A stretch of DNA of 64,000 bases, from NCBI GenBank assembly GCA_030390025.1, contig CM059432.1, positions 88,538,001 through 88,602,000 on the forward strand. Direction: 5' to 3'. Below are positions 49,097 through 61,609 of the stretch, piece by piece. Under the pieces are notes generated by a model, which did no database searches, was not told the origin of the DNA, and saw only the letters and a list, made by a program, of their open reading frames with translations. The DNA comes from Squalus acanthias. Lineage: Eukaryota. The stretch's first letter is position 1. Each line of letters opens with the position of its first letter. A program made the position numbers and the translations under genes.

Positions 49097-49262
49097 GCTT
49101 TTCTCCCTTCCCCTTTTTCTGATTGTCTGATATGCTTGTCTGCATTTCAGTTTTGAAGAATGAACCAAACTGTTAACTTATCTGTTCTCTCTGCAGATGC
49201 CAAGTGTTCCCAGCACCTTCTGTCTTTGTTTCAGGTTTCCAGTGTCTGCAGTATTTTGCTTT
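48290..49262 (+). mobile_element. decayed Penelope-like element (GIY-YIG end + 3' tail)
   Basis: Degenerate match to the cleaner copy at 50854-51514 (ggggaaac..gattaggtgactgctttg; caatgaagctcaatgccagct; tccagtgtctgcagtattttgc). Confidence 0.7.
49050..49091. repeat. (TA)n microsatellite
   Basis: About 21 TA units. Confidence 0.95.
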
Positions 49263-50853
49263 TTTACTTATTATTTGTATCTAATGGCGTATTTGGGCCA
49301 AACAAACTGGAAGATTTATTTTGTAATATTACTAAAATTTGATAATTGATATTACTAATACCCAAGTATATTAAAAGTATTTACAAAATGTTATTCCAGT
49401 GCTTAAAAGACACTTGTAGATATCTATAGATATATGGCCTGGTGACAGAATGAATTATTGTGCTGTCCTGCACACTGAGCCACTTAGGTTTGAATACTAG
49501 CCTCAGCTGACATTCACATTCAAGTTTCAGGTAGTGACAGGGACCTGACTAACTTAACTACATTATTATTCAGTGCAGGAACAAGTAGAGGCAAGGTGCC
49601 TTGATGGAAGGAAGAGAAAATTGGCAAAGGTTACATTTTCAGATTGTACCCTGACCCCCCTTCTCCTCATTGGTTGGTCATAGAAAGGAATTCTTCCCCA
49701 CTACTACCACCTCATCGCTACCACTAGAACAATTGTAGCACAGACTATGGAGACAACTGTGGACACACACCCCTCTACCCATATATTCTTGTGTGTGCTA
49801 ATGTGTGTGGGGCGAAGTGCAAGTGCCTCATGAATATGTTGAAGACGCATAACATCGACCTCCTCACGCTCCAGGAAACCCATGTCTCCAATGATCAACT
49901 GGCCAGCCGCTGCTGTATCTATGGATACAACCTCATGACTAGCCACCACCACCCGAAATTTGGCCTGGCCATATACGTGAAGACCACCATCACGGATTTC
50001 GATGTTTTCCCCCCAACTGAAGAAGAAGCCATTTACACCACCGCCACCAAGATAGGGGAACTGCACATTACCACCATTACCTAATTCAAAATGGCCGAAG
50101 CCAGCATTCCCAAGTGCACCAATCCCAGCCCTATATGTTGCTGACTATAACATCCACCACACTATGTGGGGCTATGAAGCAAATGATGGCGACAGCGAAG
50201 ACCTCATGGACTGGATGTCCGCAGAAGATCTGCAACTAGTCTTCAATCCAAAACAGCAAGCAACTTTCCACTCCACACGCTGGCAACGCGACTACAACCC
50301 GACCTTATCATCATTTCCAAAGATCAAAGCGGAAGCACGCTCCATGCATCCCACAAAATACTCCCCAACTTCCCCAATAACCAATATAGGCCCATCATTA
50401 CCCATGTCGGCATCAAAATCCCCGTGATTCTGTCGAAATGAATTCCACGGTGGAACCTGGCCAAAGCCATCTGGGACTGCTATAGGGAAGTCATCGAAAA
50501 AGTAGTGATCTGAATCCCCATGACACCGAAATGTCATCACAGGTTTGCTGGCCTCCTTACTGCCGCCACCAAGAAGAGTATCCCCTGGGGCTTCTGGGAA
50601 TAACACCCTCCCTGCTGAACAAAAGAGACCCAGGACCTGCTCCGCCAGTACAACCAGTTGGGCAGCCCACAGGTTGCGAAGGCCCTGTTCAAGTCTCTAG
50701 ACACATCCAGATGCCAGCGGTGGATTGAGTTTGATGAAGGTTTGGACTTCACACACTCTAGTCGCCATGCCTGGCCTCTACTACGATACCTTGGAGTCAC
50801 TAATCTGACGGAATATCCGAACTCAAAAGTCTGGTCCAACTCCATAACCTCCA

Positions 50854-51514
50854 TGATAGCAAAATACTGCAGATGCTGGAAATCCGAAATAACAACAGAA
50901 AACGCTGGAAAAACTCAGCAGGTGAGGCAGCATCCGTGGAGAGAGAAACAGAGTTAACGTTTCAGGTCGAAGACCTTTCATCAGAACTGGAGACAGCAGG
51001 AAATCAAATAGATTTAAAGCAAGGATAAAGCTGGGAAAAGGGGGAGGGGATAAAAGAACAAAAGGAGAGATTAAGAGACATTTAGAGACATTAAGAGATA
51101 TCAAGGCAAGAGGTGGTGTTAATGTGACAGGTTAAGGCTGAAAGAAGTGTGAAATGCAATGGCAGAATGAAGGACAGCTGCCAGCTTCTAGGAGGAAAAA
51201 AAAAAGGGGGGGCAAATAAAAGGGTGGATGAGAAAATAAAATATAAATGTGATGGGGCTAAGGTTATGATCTAAAATTGTTGAACTCGATATTGAGTCCA
51301 GAGGGCTGTAGCGTGCCTAAACGAAAGATGAGGTGCTGTTCCTCGAGCTTACGCTGCGCTTCCGTGGAACAGTGTAATAGGCCGAGGATGGTGAGGTCAG
51401 AGTGGGAGTGAAGCGGTGAATTAAAGTGACAAGCGACCGGGAGCTCGGGGTCCCCCTTACGGACTGAACAGAGGTGTTCCGCAAAGCGGTCACCCAATCT
51501 GCGTTTGGTCTCCC
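50854..51514 (-). mobile_element. 5'-truncated Penelope-like element
   Basis: GIY-YIG C-terminus GETKRRLGDRFAEHL..PVACHFN..RKLEEQHLIFRLGTLQPSGLNIEF, with a 12-bp TSD CCATAACCTCCA (50842-50853, 51515-51526). Confidence 0.92.
50952..50988 (-). ncRNA. minimal type I hammerhead ribozyme in the Penelope 3' region
   Basis: AGUU-CUGAUGA-A-AGGUC(UUC)GACCU-GAAA-CGUU-AACU: the conserved core, a perfect stem II, a 4-bp stem I and a palindromic ACGU stem III. Confidence 0.75.
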
Positions 51515-54500
51515 CCATAACCTCCAAACTGCTGGAGTGAGCACAAAAGGATCGCTCGCCAAAAACGCCAAGCAAGAGATCCGTCGTCAACTACACCGGA
51601 CAATGACCTCAATCCCTCCACAAGACCCCACCGCCATCAGCATAGATGAACTGAAGGAGGGTTTAGCGGCAATGAAGAAGGGGAAGGCAGACGGTGGATG
51701 ATGGAGATGGAATCCTCTGGAGTTTCTTCATCAACTAGGCCCTGGGGGACTTCAATGGCTGGCGAAACTGTACACCAAAACCATAGAATCCGGATGCATC
51801 CCAAAAGCATGGCGGGAGGCGATAGTCATTGCCATACTCAAACCGGGCAAACTGACCGACGAACCGGGAAGCTATAGGCCAATATCACTCCTGCACATGA
51901 CCTACAAGCTCCTGGGATGAATCATCCTCTGGAGAATCAGCCCTCTTGCCAAGTCAGTGATCCCCGAAAAACAAGTGGGATTCTGGCCTAAACGCAGTTG
52001 CTGCAACCAAGTTTTGGCCCTTGCAACGCACATCGAGACCAGGTTCCAAAAGAAATCTAAAACTGGTGCAGCCTTTGTAGACCTGTCATCAGTCTACGAC
52101 ACGGTCTGGATTAAAGGCCTTATGCTGAAGCTTGCAAGGATCATCCCCTGCCTCAGAACACGACGCCTGCTGAACAATAGGTGGCTACGTGTCCATTTGG
52201 TGACCAAGTCAGCTCGCCCCGGTTGCTGAACAATGGACTACCACAAGGATCAGTGCTCGTGCCAACGCTCTTCAATGTCTGCACAAGTGACATGGCGCCA
52301 ACGAAGCCGCGCAAATTTGCATATGCGGATGGCCTTGCCCTGGCAACACAAGCAGCCACCTTCAATGACATTGAGTCCACCTTGAATGGGGACCTAACCA
52401 TCATGGAGGAATATTTCCGGAAATGGAGGCTCAAGCCAAACCCTCACAAAGCAACAGTCACTGCATTTCATCTTGATAACAGGAACACTAAGCGCACTCT
52501 GAAAGTGACCTTCTGCGGCAACACTGTGCATCATGACCCCACTCCGACCTATCTCAGGGTGAAGCTGGACCATACACTAACCTTCCATGACCAGCTAAAG
52601 GAGTTAGCCGGCAAGACGAAGACAAGGTTCAACCTGGTCCAGAAACTGGCAAGCACAAGCTGGGGAGCATCAGCCTCAGTGCTACGGACATCAGCGATGT
52701 GCCTTGTGTACTCCGTAGCCGAGTACTGTGCACCGGTATGGACCAGAAGTAGCCACACTCGACTTGTTGATGTCCAACTGAACACTGCAATGCGGTGCAT
52801 CACTAGAACCATCAAGTCGACCCAATACCTTGGCTGCCCGAGTTGTTGCACATCGCTCCCCCATCCATTCGCCAAATGCCTCCCCATCCAGTAGGATCTC
52901 AAGAACGTCCCTCACCACCGCTTGAAGTCACGCATGTCCTTTTGGACCCACACTCTTTACCTTCGACAATGCAAATTCAACCCTGATGATACTTGGAAAG
53001 CCGAATGGAGTTCACAAGAAATCACAAACACATACCTCGTGAAATATCTGACACGGAAGATCCCAGGCTTCGATCTTCCGCGAAGTTTACGGGCAACCCT
53101 AAACTGCATCTGCACAAACCATGGCAGATGCAGATACTCTCCAGTGTGCGACTGTGGTCATCCAGAACAGACCATGGAACATATAATGACTCAATGCCCA
53201 ATTCACAAATATGAAGGTGGCATCACAGCAATACACTCCACTACTCCTGTCGCAATTATCTGGCTTAACCACCTAAATGTAAAATTATAGTTGTTGCTCT
53301 ACATCTATATCAGCCATGCAAGGCAGTAGTAGATCCCTAATTGTCAACTATGGCTTCCATTAAGTGCCAGAAAAAATATACTTTGCTGTACTGCACGAAT
53401 AGGCATACACTTGTGGTAAAATGGCAGCCGTTTAGCATATCGAAAACAAACATTTCTTAGAATTTGTGGTTGCTTTTTCAAAAGTAGCTGGAAAAATACC
53501 ATTATCTGTGGCCTGGATAGCGAGTTAACGTCACTGACAGTTGTCAGGAGAGTTCTGTTTACAAATTCTATTTAGCAATTCAGGACAAACCTGCACCATT
53601 TTTTTCACATACATTTACTCAGAATTTCAGTGTCATCTTAGAAATAGCCACTAAATTTCCCTTGAAGGATTGAGAACATATCCTGCCTAACAACAACAGT
53701 CCTGAAGGAATTCAGTTATATTAGGAAGTCTCCATTGCCTTTTTTGCTATTTGTTGCTTTGTGGTATTAAAATTCAGTTTTTCTGAATTCTAGTTTGAAA
53801 TGATAAAGTCTCATGGCGGTTATTTTTTAAGAGGGGAAATGGATACAAAAATATTAAAATCTTTGTTATTTTTGAAAAAAACAACCTCGTGCTTCTGTAG
53901 CAGCATGATTTTTCACATAATTTGTGGAATGCGTTGCGTAAAATGGTTGTGAAATTTATTCAATTCAAATTAAGTAGTTGTAGCAGAGTGTAATCTTTCT
54001 CTATTAAATGTGTCACTCTCTGCAATTGTTCCTTAATATCCTTCACAACTTCAATCTAAGATTGGTAGTTTCTTATGCTGCCACAGTATCAGTAACCTTC
54101 TGAAAAATTCACTGAAGCAGAACCTTGAGATATCAGGTTTGCAAGACCTTGATTATAGCAGGAAGTGGACTGTATAAAGCCTTTTTTTCAGTTAGTGGAA
54201 ATGTTTAGCTATAGAATATGCTGAGGCTGAAAAAAAAGCCTAAAATGATTTTTGAACTCAAGATAATTACCCTGATATAGTTTAATTATTCAAGTGTGTA
54301 AAGTGTTGTGATATCTATTTTAGCATTGTAACAATTTATTTTTATGGCACAGTTTAGGCATAAAGTATTTTTAGAGGCCATTAGCCATTCTCTTGCGATA
54401 AATGAACAGAAGATCAGACTTTACTGGTTACATAGCTGATTGAAAATGAATCATATTACAACTTACAATTACTTCAGCAGAATTATCAGCATTTTTTTAA

Positions 54501-55079
54501 ATTAAGGTGTAAGTGTCGTCTTGTAGTCTATATGTAACAAAGTGCAGTGCCATAGAATGGTAGAAATTGTAGCCATAATTCTTCATATTACCGAGTTCCT
54601 ATTTTCAATGACTGTTAAGGGTAGGTAATGAGGGAATGCAAATTACTATCCCATGGGAGAAGGGGTGGGGAGAATTGGAGGGTGTTCAGCTCAGTTGCAC
54701 AACCAGCATTAACAAAAGTCCTGGAAGCAGTGTGTTATATCCAGTTGTAAGTTGTAGAAATAAATACCATTCCAAGATTCTTGTAGCGTTCTATTGATGC
54801 AATAGCTAGCCAATGTGCATTGCTCATGGGTAATCTGAGATTCGGAGCATGGTTTGGATATTTGGGTGCTAAAATGGAGCTCTTTTTAACCTGGTCTGTT
54901 CACTTAAACATCACTGCTCAAATACTCCCTGTGGGGAAATAGTCTAAAGAGCTTCTACCCTTGGAGAGAGGCCAGGGTATCAGGCTTAGATAAACCCATT
55001 GACATTGAATTAATTATTCTAACTTCCTGTTTCAGACTCTTGGCTCACTGAGGATTCTTCAATCTGATTGGTTAAAGAG

Positions 55080-55305
55080 ACTCATGGACTGGTTGGGCCG
55101 AATGGCCTGTTTCTGTGCCGTATATCCTATGTAATTGCTTGCCCTGTTCACACAAGTCCCAGATTCCCTGTAGAGGGTGCCGCACCATTTTGACTTTCTA
55201 ATAACCCCAAGTTCCAGTGTAAAAGCCCACAGGCTCGTGTGGAGCATAAACACTGGCATGGATCTATTGGGTCAAATGGCCTGTTTCTGTGTTGTAAATA
55301 CTTTG
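55080..55305 (+). mobile_element. two short CR1-type 3' tails
   Basis: The motif tgggccgaatggcctgtttctgtg occurs twice. Confidence 0.6.
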
Positions 55306-56322
55306 TAGAAAGTCTGTAGGCAAGTGCAAGTGTAATGAACGGCTAGCGCCATTCATTCGCCGCTGACCGCAAAATCCAGGCTAATGTGTTATAATGTAAT
55401 ATTGATCTTTAGAGTTACAGCACCACATGTCAAGTAAGAATTACAGGCGACACTGTTACTTGTTACAAAATTACAGGTTTGCTCATTAAAACTAATGTAA
55501 AGAAGTTATTGATTGGTGTGTCTCTCAGTCGTTACCAATGTCAGAGAAGCAATAGAAAATTATGACAACAGGGAACAAGTGTGACACACAGGAAAAAATA
55601 ATATAAATAAATATATGGGTTAATAATAAAAATAAAACAATGAAGAATCAAAAAAGAAATAAATTGAAGACCTGCTTTATACTTATTGAGCAGACATGGA
55701 GGAATATTGAGGTTGCATGCGGTGAATTGTTTAGCATCCTGGAACTTATGATACCGCCCTGTGGTTTTTCGTGCTGCCAAAGCTATAGCCCTGATTTTAA
55801 CTTGGGGCATCAGTGTGGTGTGTGGGGGCTGGAGCGGGAGGGAAGCACCCACACAGTCGCCAGAATGAGGCCCAGGCAATTGTTACTCTCAGACCTTATT
55901 TAACTGTCTCGATGCTGACTCCTGCCCAAAGGGTATACAAATTAGAATTACTTGTACCAAGGCATGCACCAATTTCTGCAGATTTGGATGGTCTTTTGCA
56001 CCAGCACTATGTAAATTACATCATTAGCAGGCATTTGGCAATCCTAAAGCCAAAAAAGTAATGGAAGTGTAAAAAAAATTGCATCAAAGAAAAATAATGC
56101 TGCATTATAATCCCAGTGATCCTGAAAATATTGGAAGAAAAGAAATGAAAAGGATTACAATAATAGACTGATAAGCAAATGAATCAATTGAAAAATGAAA
56201 GTTGCCTTGGAGTCATATTCTTGTACGAGTTAGCATAAAGAGAAGGTCCATTTTTTGTTTGGCTCCACAGTAAGGGCTTATGGAACATCATAGGCCTATG
56301 GTAACCCAACACAGAAACAATT

Positions 56323-57103
56323 GGCCCCAATCTTGACTGGGGCGGGTTCCGTAAGCGGGGAGGGGGGAGTTTTGTACAGAAAACCCGGAAGTCCAGGTTT
56401 CTCACAGTGTGAGTCTTTTTCTGAAGCAGGTTTCCTGCCCGGAAGCCAGCCTGATTGACAGGCTTGTCACCTTGTCGGGCGGGGAACGTTGCAGTGGAGA
56501 CCACAGCCCAGGAGCAGGGAGGGAGCCTGCAGCTGCGTTAGTGGGAGTATGGGGGGGTGGGGGAGTTTAAGCTTGGTGAGCTAGGGGGAGGGTCTGATGG
56601 CTGGGGGGTGGGGGGGTGGTTCTGATCCCCAAACCGGGATGGGGGGGCGGTTGTCCGATCGCGCGGGGGTCTTTGGATGGGGGGAGTGTCTGATGGCGGG
56701 GGGGCGGGTCCAATGGTGGGCAGGGAAGGAGGTAAGCTTGGTGAACTGGGGAGAGGGGGGGGAATCATTCCTACTCCTCCTGTCCCACGAGCAGTGCTGC
56801 AAAGAAACTTACCTCTTCCACGAAGCAGTCCTCACCTCCCTTTAGCTTCCAGGTTTCCCGAGGCCCAGGAAACCCGGCCAGCAAGGTTTAATCCTGGAAG
56901 ACAGGTTAAATATGAGGCCTGCAGCCTCATTATAATATTTAAATAGCCATCCTGCGGATTGGTTGCCCGCCCCTGGTCCTGCCTCTGTTAAAACCGGAAG
57001 TGGGCGAGTTGGAGGCGGGCTGGGGTTGAGGTTTGAGATTTAAAACATTTTAACATCCCACCCGACCCCAACTCACCCATTTTTTGTGGTTAAAATGACC
57101 CCC
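56323..57103. mobile_element. G-rich MITE-like element
   Basis: A GC-rich block sharing tttcctgcccgg..gccagcc..gattgacagg and tttagct..caggtttcccgag with 57921-58580; Harbinger-like ends. Confidence 0.55.
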
Positions 57104-57920
57104 ATATATTCCTTTACATTGTATATGCATTCTAGTTCCTCAACAATATTTTCATCATATCCAAGATGTAATGGAATAAATGTAACTTGTATTTATGATG
57201 GCCATATAATTACATTTTATTTAGGCAAAAATTGTATTTCTGTGATGATTTTAATTACGACAGCCAGTTTGCTAGATATTATAGTTTTCACATTCCATTT
57301 CAAGATCAATGTAACATCAATTGGCACAAGAACCGTCTTGATTTTATTATGTAGATCAGGAAGATACATTGCATCGCATGACACAACAAATTCATTTTTA
57401 AAAATCAATTGATTAGAAGAAAATAAACTCATTGAGGGATTCAGATGCTGTCATAAACCTTGAGAAGAAAATGTTTTCAATGTAATCACTCCCACCCATG
57501 ATTTTCCCATAATTATGTAGTAGTTATTTTCCAACCATAAAAATTCAGTCTCACCCATTGTTGGTGTGCATGAGAATTTTAAAATTTAGTTTAAGGTGTC
57601 ATGGCTGATAATGACAACCCTCAGGGGCTCTGTTCAGTTGATGCATGATGATGGCCTCACTAAAAGATTAAATCTGTGCCATAATCGCTGCACGATTACT
57701 GGACTTTAATCTGCAGAGGATTATTGGGAAATAATACTGCTCTATTTCAATCCACCTAGATATTTATTTAATATATTAAAGTCTAGTGTATGCACACATT
57801 TCCAGTATTACAGTTGCCAAAATAAACAGCCTTCTGCCCAGCAAAACACTCACTCAGCATAAAATTCCATAAATAGTAGTTGATGTCCTGTGGCATTGCA
57901 TAGGGGGAGTTAAGATCAAG

Positions 57921-58580
57921 GCCTTGATATTTATGGGGAGGTGAGGAGGGAGCGGAGGCACGTGTTTGTAGAGGGTGGGGAATCCGGAATCCGGAAATGC
58001 TGGTATGTGGAGACCCTGCCGAATTTAACGGCTAGACTTCATTATCATTTCTTTACCCCGTTTCCTGCCCGGCAGCCAGCCCGATTGACAGGTTGGCTGG
58101 GTAGGAAAGCAAGCAGTAGAAGGCTGTAGCAGGGGACAGTTCCCGGCAAACAGGAGCCATTGCAAGTTAGTGGGGGTGGGTCGGACCACCAATCATATGG
58201 GGGGGGGGGCAGAACCAGAAAACATTGCGGGTTTGGAGGGGAGGCAGCCAATGGCGCCAGGAGATTTGCTTGATGGGAGGGGGGAGCACTCCTGCTCCTC
58301 CTGGCCCACAGGCAGTGCTCTATAAAAAGCACTTACCTGCTGGATCCGGCTGCTCTCGCTTCACTTTAGCTGCCAGGTTTCCCGAGCCCTGGGATACTCT
58401 AATCACAGACCCGCCTCTCCAGAGCTAGTTACTCAGTGCTCCCAAACCCACTGAGGTAAAATGGAGGTAGGCGCATTCGAGGTGGGTTGGGGTCGGGTTT
58501 CACAAATTTGTCGATTTAACCGAGCCCCTCACCTGACCCTCTCCCACCCGTCGTGTGGGCGGGGTTAAAACTCCTCCCCC
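57921..58580. mobile_element. MITE-like element related to 56323-57103
   Basis: The shared internal motifs occur in the same order. Confidence 0.55.
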
Positions 58581-60499
58581 AAATGTCTGCTGACATCAGG
58601 ATGGGGGCCGAGAATAATTGGATCACGGTGTGCAAACATAATTCAGTCCCCTTTGTTATGGTTTTGATTTTACATTATTTATTTGTAGTTAAAAAGCAAG
58701 ACTTAGGGTTAGGGTTAGGGAAGCATAGAAATAGAGTTGGTTGAACATAGAGTTTCTCTGCCGTACAGGCTGAGGAGGCGGGAGATGGGAAACGGAGGTG
58801 CTACGGCACCACCACTGGTCGGAGGGTGTAATTACAGGGTGACTTGTTTACACAGACACTTTGCACTATAAATGTGGATATAAGAATTTATAATAGGAAA
58901 AGTTGACGCAAAAGTGTGAGGAGTAAGGGTTTGTAGACAGGTGTGTGCAGACATAAGACTTTTAATACTTTCCAGATTTTTCTTATAAATCTATATAGAA
59001 ATACTCCAAAACAATTAAATCAAATGCATGCTATGCAAAAATATTGACTATGCACTGATTATATATGTACACAATTTTTAAAATATTTTAAATATTTTAA
59101 TGTATTATTTCATACATTTCAAAATAATTAATTTTATTTCCCATGGCTTCACCCTTACACTTCTGCAATTATATAAAAAAATCCAAAATATAATTAAATG
59201 TAATTTTTCAATTACATTCATTTCACTTTCTATATAATTTCTCTCTACCATTTAATTTATTTTACATTAATTTCTTTAATTTTAACCAGTATTCCCTTTA
59301 TTCCCCAAAACTCCTATGGATAATTTCCTTACTTCACATTCCCAGAGGTGTGCGTTGCCCCTGGCATGCATTGCTCATAATTGACTCATAAATGATCAGA
59401 AGATCATGGGCAATGCACACTTGGATTTTCAATATATACTCCCTATGTGCGAGACACCTCACTGAAAGCACAAAGTCAGAAAAATACCTTGCTAAAATAT
59501 ACCACCACAATAATGCATTTCCATTATAACATTGAATCCTCCTCTTTTCCTCAAACATGTTGTCCAACTTCCTATGAACAACACTAGGGCAAATCCATAA
59601 TAGATATCTATGATATATTGAGAATGTTACATCTGTGCAAACTGCCTGTCAATTTTTTTCCATTAGAAATTCCTATGTCCACATTCCTAATGGAAACTAC
59701 TTATGTAAACCTGTCACACAATAATTCCATCTTCCCACCAGTGGGGATGCTGCAGTGTCACCACTGACATAAGTGTGTAATTATAGCATGACACGTTTAT
59801 TTAGGCAGTTTCCATTCTAAGTGTGGATGTAGGAATTTATAATAAAAATATAAAAATAAGGGCAGAATGGAGACTTAAAATGGAGACTGAAAGCACTGGC
59901 CCAATGAAAACACCCTCTAACCTCACTTCACCTGAAGACTCCACTTGGTCTTGACTCCCTGTGTACAACTCCATGGGAGATCGACTACTTAAAAACTAAG
60001 GTCCTGAAAATCTGTGGCTGTTCTGGTGGACTGCCACCATAAGTCCAATGGGAGTCCACCAGAATGGTCACGAGCTCAGCCAGGATGTATGTGCTGGGTC
60101 ACAATGTAGGTTGGGGATTGCGCGATAGCCTCAGGATCATGGGACCCACCTTGACATCCAGGCTGGGGTTGAGGCCTGGACCCTCAAAGAGGAGGATTCC
60201 ATTTTTTTTACACATATTTAAGAATGGCCCCCTTACAAAGGGGTTCATGGGGGGATGCCAAGAAATGTATTTCCCCCTCCATCTGACCACTTACACTGCT
60301 GTATGCGGCCTCTTCTGCTGGGAGGTGCTCTAAATGCCCCCTGACACCAAAGGCCCAGTTCTGCTGGACCCAGCCCCTGACCTTGTGAATTTCAATAGGT
60401 CAGCAGCTGATCTATATATAAATACGCATACACTGTATATAAATGTATATATAAAGTATAACATTTTGTAAAATTCGACACCAGTTACATTTTACTTTT

Positions 60500-61300
60500 C
60501 TTCATGTGCAAGCCCTTAGTTCTTGTCTTCTGAGCTTGTTTTCATTTCCTAGAGCTCCTACAACAGTGACTACAGCTTGGGAGGTGGAAGGCTGCTTATC
60601 GTCCAGAAAGGGCAATTCAGATGGCCATGGTGGACAACCTTGAGCAGCTTTGAGCCTTGAGGGTTCGACTGTAGACTGCAACATCTTGGCGTGGGCTGAT
60701 ACAGTCTAGCCCAGTTGGATGTGTGGCAGTAGCAAGGGCACTGGCAGAGTGGGTGGCCGGGGAACAGACATGCTGTCATCCTGAGAGAGAACAGAAAATG
60801 CCTCTCCCATGGAGCCAAGTCTACTCTCCTGGGACTGCACCTCAGCACTCCTACGGATCTGCACACGAACAGAGTGCAGCAATAATGTGGAAACCCCTGT
60901 CAACAGTAAACCCCAGAGCCAAGATGGTAGCCATCTAAGCTTACATGACAGCAGTGTTAGCTGCCATGTGGAAGCTATCACTAGAGGCTCCATCACAGGT
61001 TTATGTGAAGCTGACCACTCAGTTCATGTTGGACAGAGTGATCTCCATGAGCTGCGCAAAGCCTTGACACATGGTGGACTCCTCCATGGTCTGAGTCAAG
61101 TGTGTTGGCAGGCTGCCCAGTGCACCTAGATCTGATAGTTGCCATTAGGCCGGCCATTCAACAGATCATTGGGGCAATAGATCCAGGAACCAGAGATGCA
61201 GCCAGCAGTGGCTCACCAAGGGCCACCTCAGTCCCATGGCCTTTCTGTACACCATTTGGAGTGACCCATCTCCTGGAAGACTGGCCCTGAGGCACTCAGA
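60500..61300 (-). pseudogene. remnant of Harbinger accessory gene last exon
   Basis: The minus strand reads SVLSQDDSMSVP..PVPLLLP, homologous to exon 3 of the other copies. Confidence 0.6.
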
Positions 61301-61609
61301 AGTAGCAACAGCAGTGGTGGGCAGGAAGTCTTGCCTCAGCAGCAAGGGTTTAAATACAGAGTGCTATAATTGTTAGTTTCAAATAGAAAATGTGTTTTTT
61401 GATTACTATGCATTTTGCATTGATCTTGTACTTTGTTGTTCATGGCTACTAAAGTAATTTTTGAAAGAGAGCATTCCGCTGGTGTGGCCAATTATACTCA
61501 GGTGATGAATATTGGCACAGTCCTGTTGGGCCATCGAGGACTGCTCAGCAGTCATTTTCTAAAGTAGGTAGTGGTTTCGAAGAAGATCATTTTCTTGGCA
61601 ACTGGTTGA

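Larger units (their letters stand above)
49740..53320 (+). mobile_element. Vingi/Ingi-like non-LTR retrotransposon, near full length, decayed
   Basis: APE (ANVCG, LQETH, WGY..ND, PKQQATFHSTRWQRDYNP), RT (FVDLSSVYDTVW, NGLPQGSVLVPTLFN, YADG, WRLKPNP, WGASASVLRTSA, YSVAEYCAPVW) and a C-terminal CDCG..QTMEHIMTQCP knuckle. No RNase H or ORF1 is visible. Confidence 0.8.

Noticed and set aside
56538..56802. Proline-rich ORFs / G-quadruplex tract
   Set aside because: This is the low-complexity G-run interior of a MITE-like repeat, with no evidence of function.
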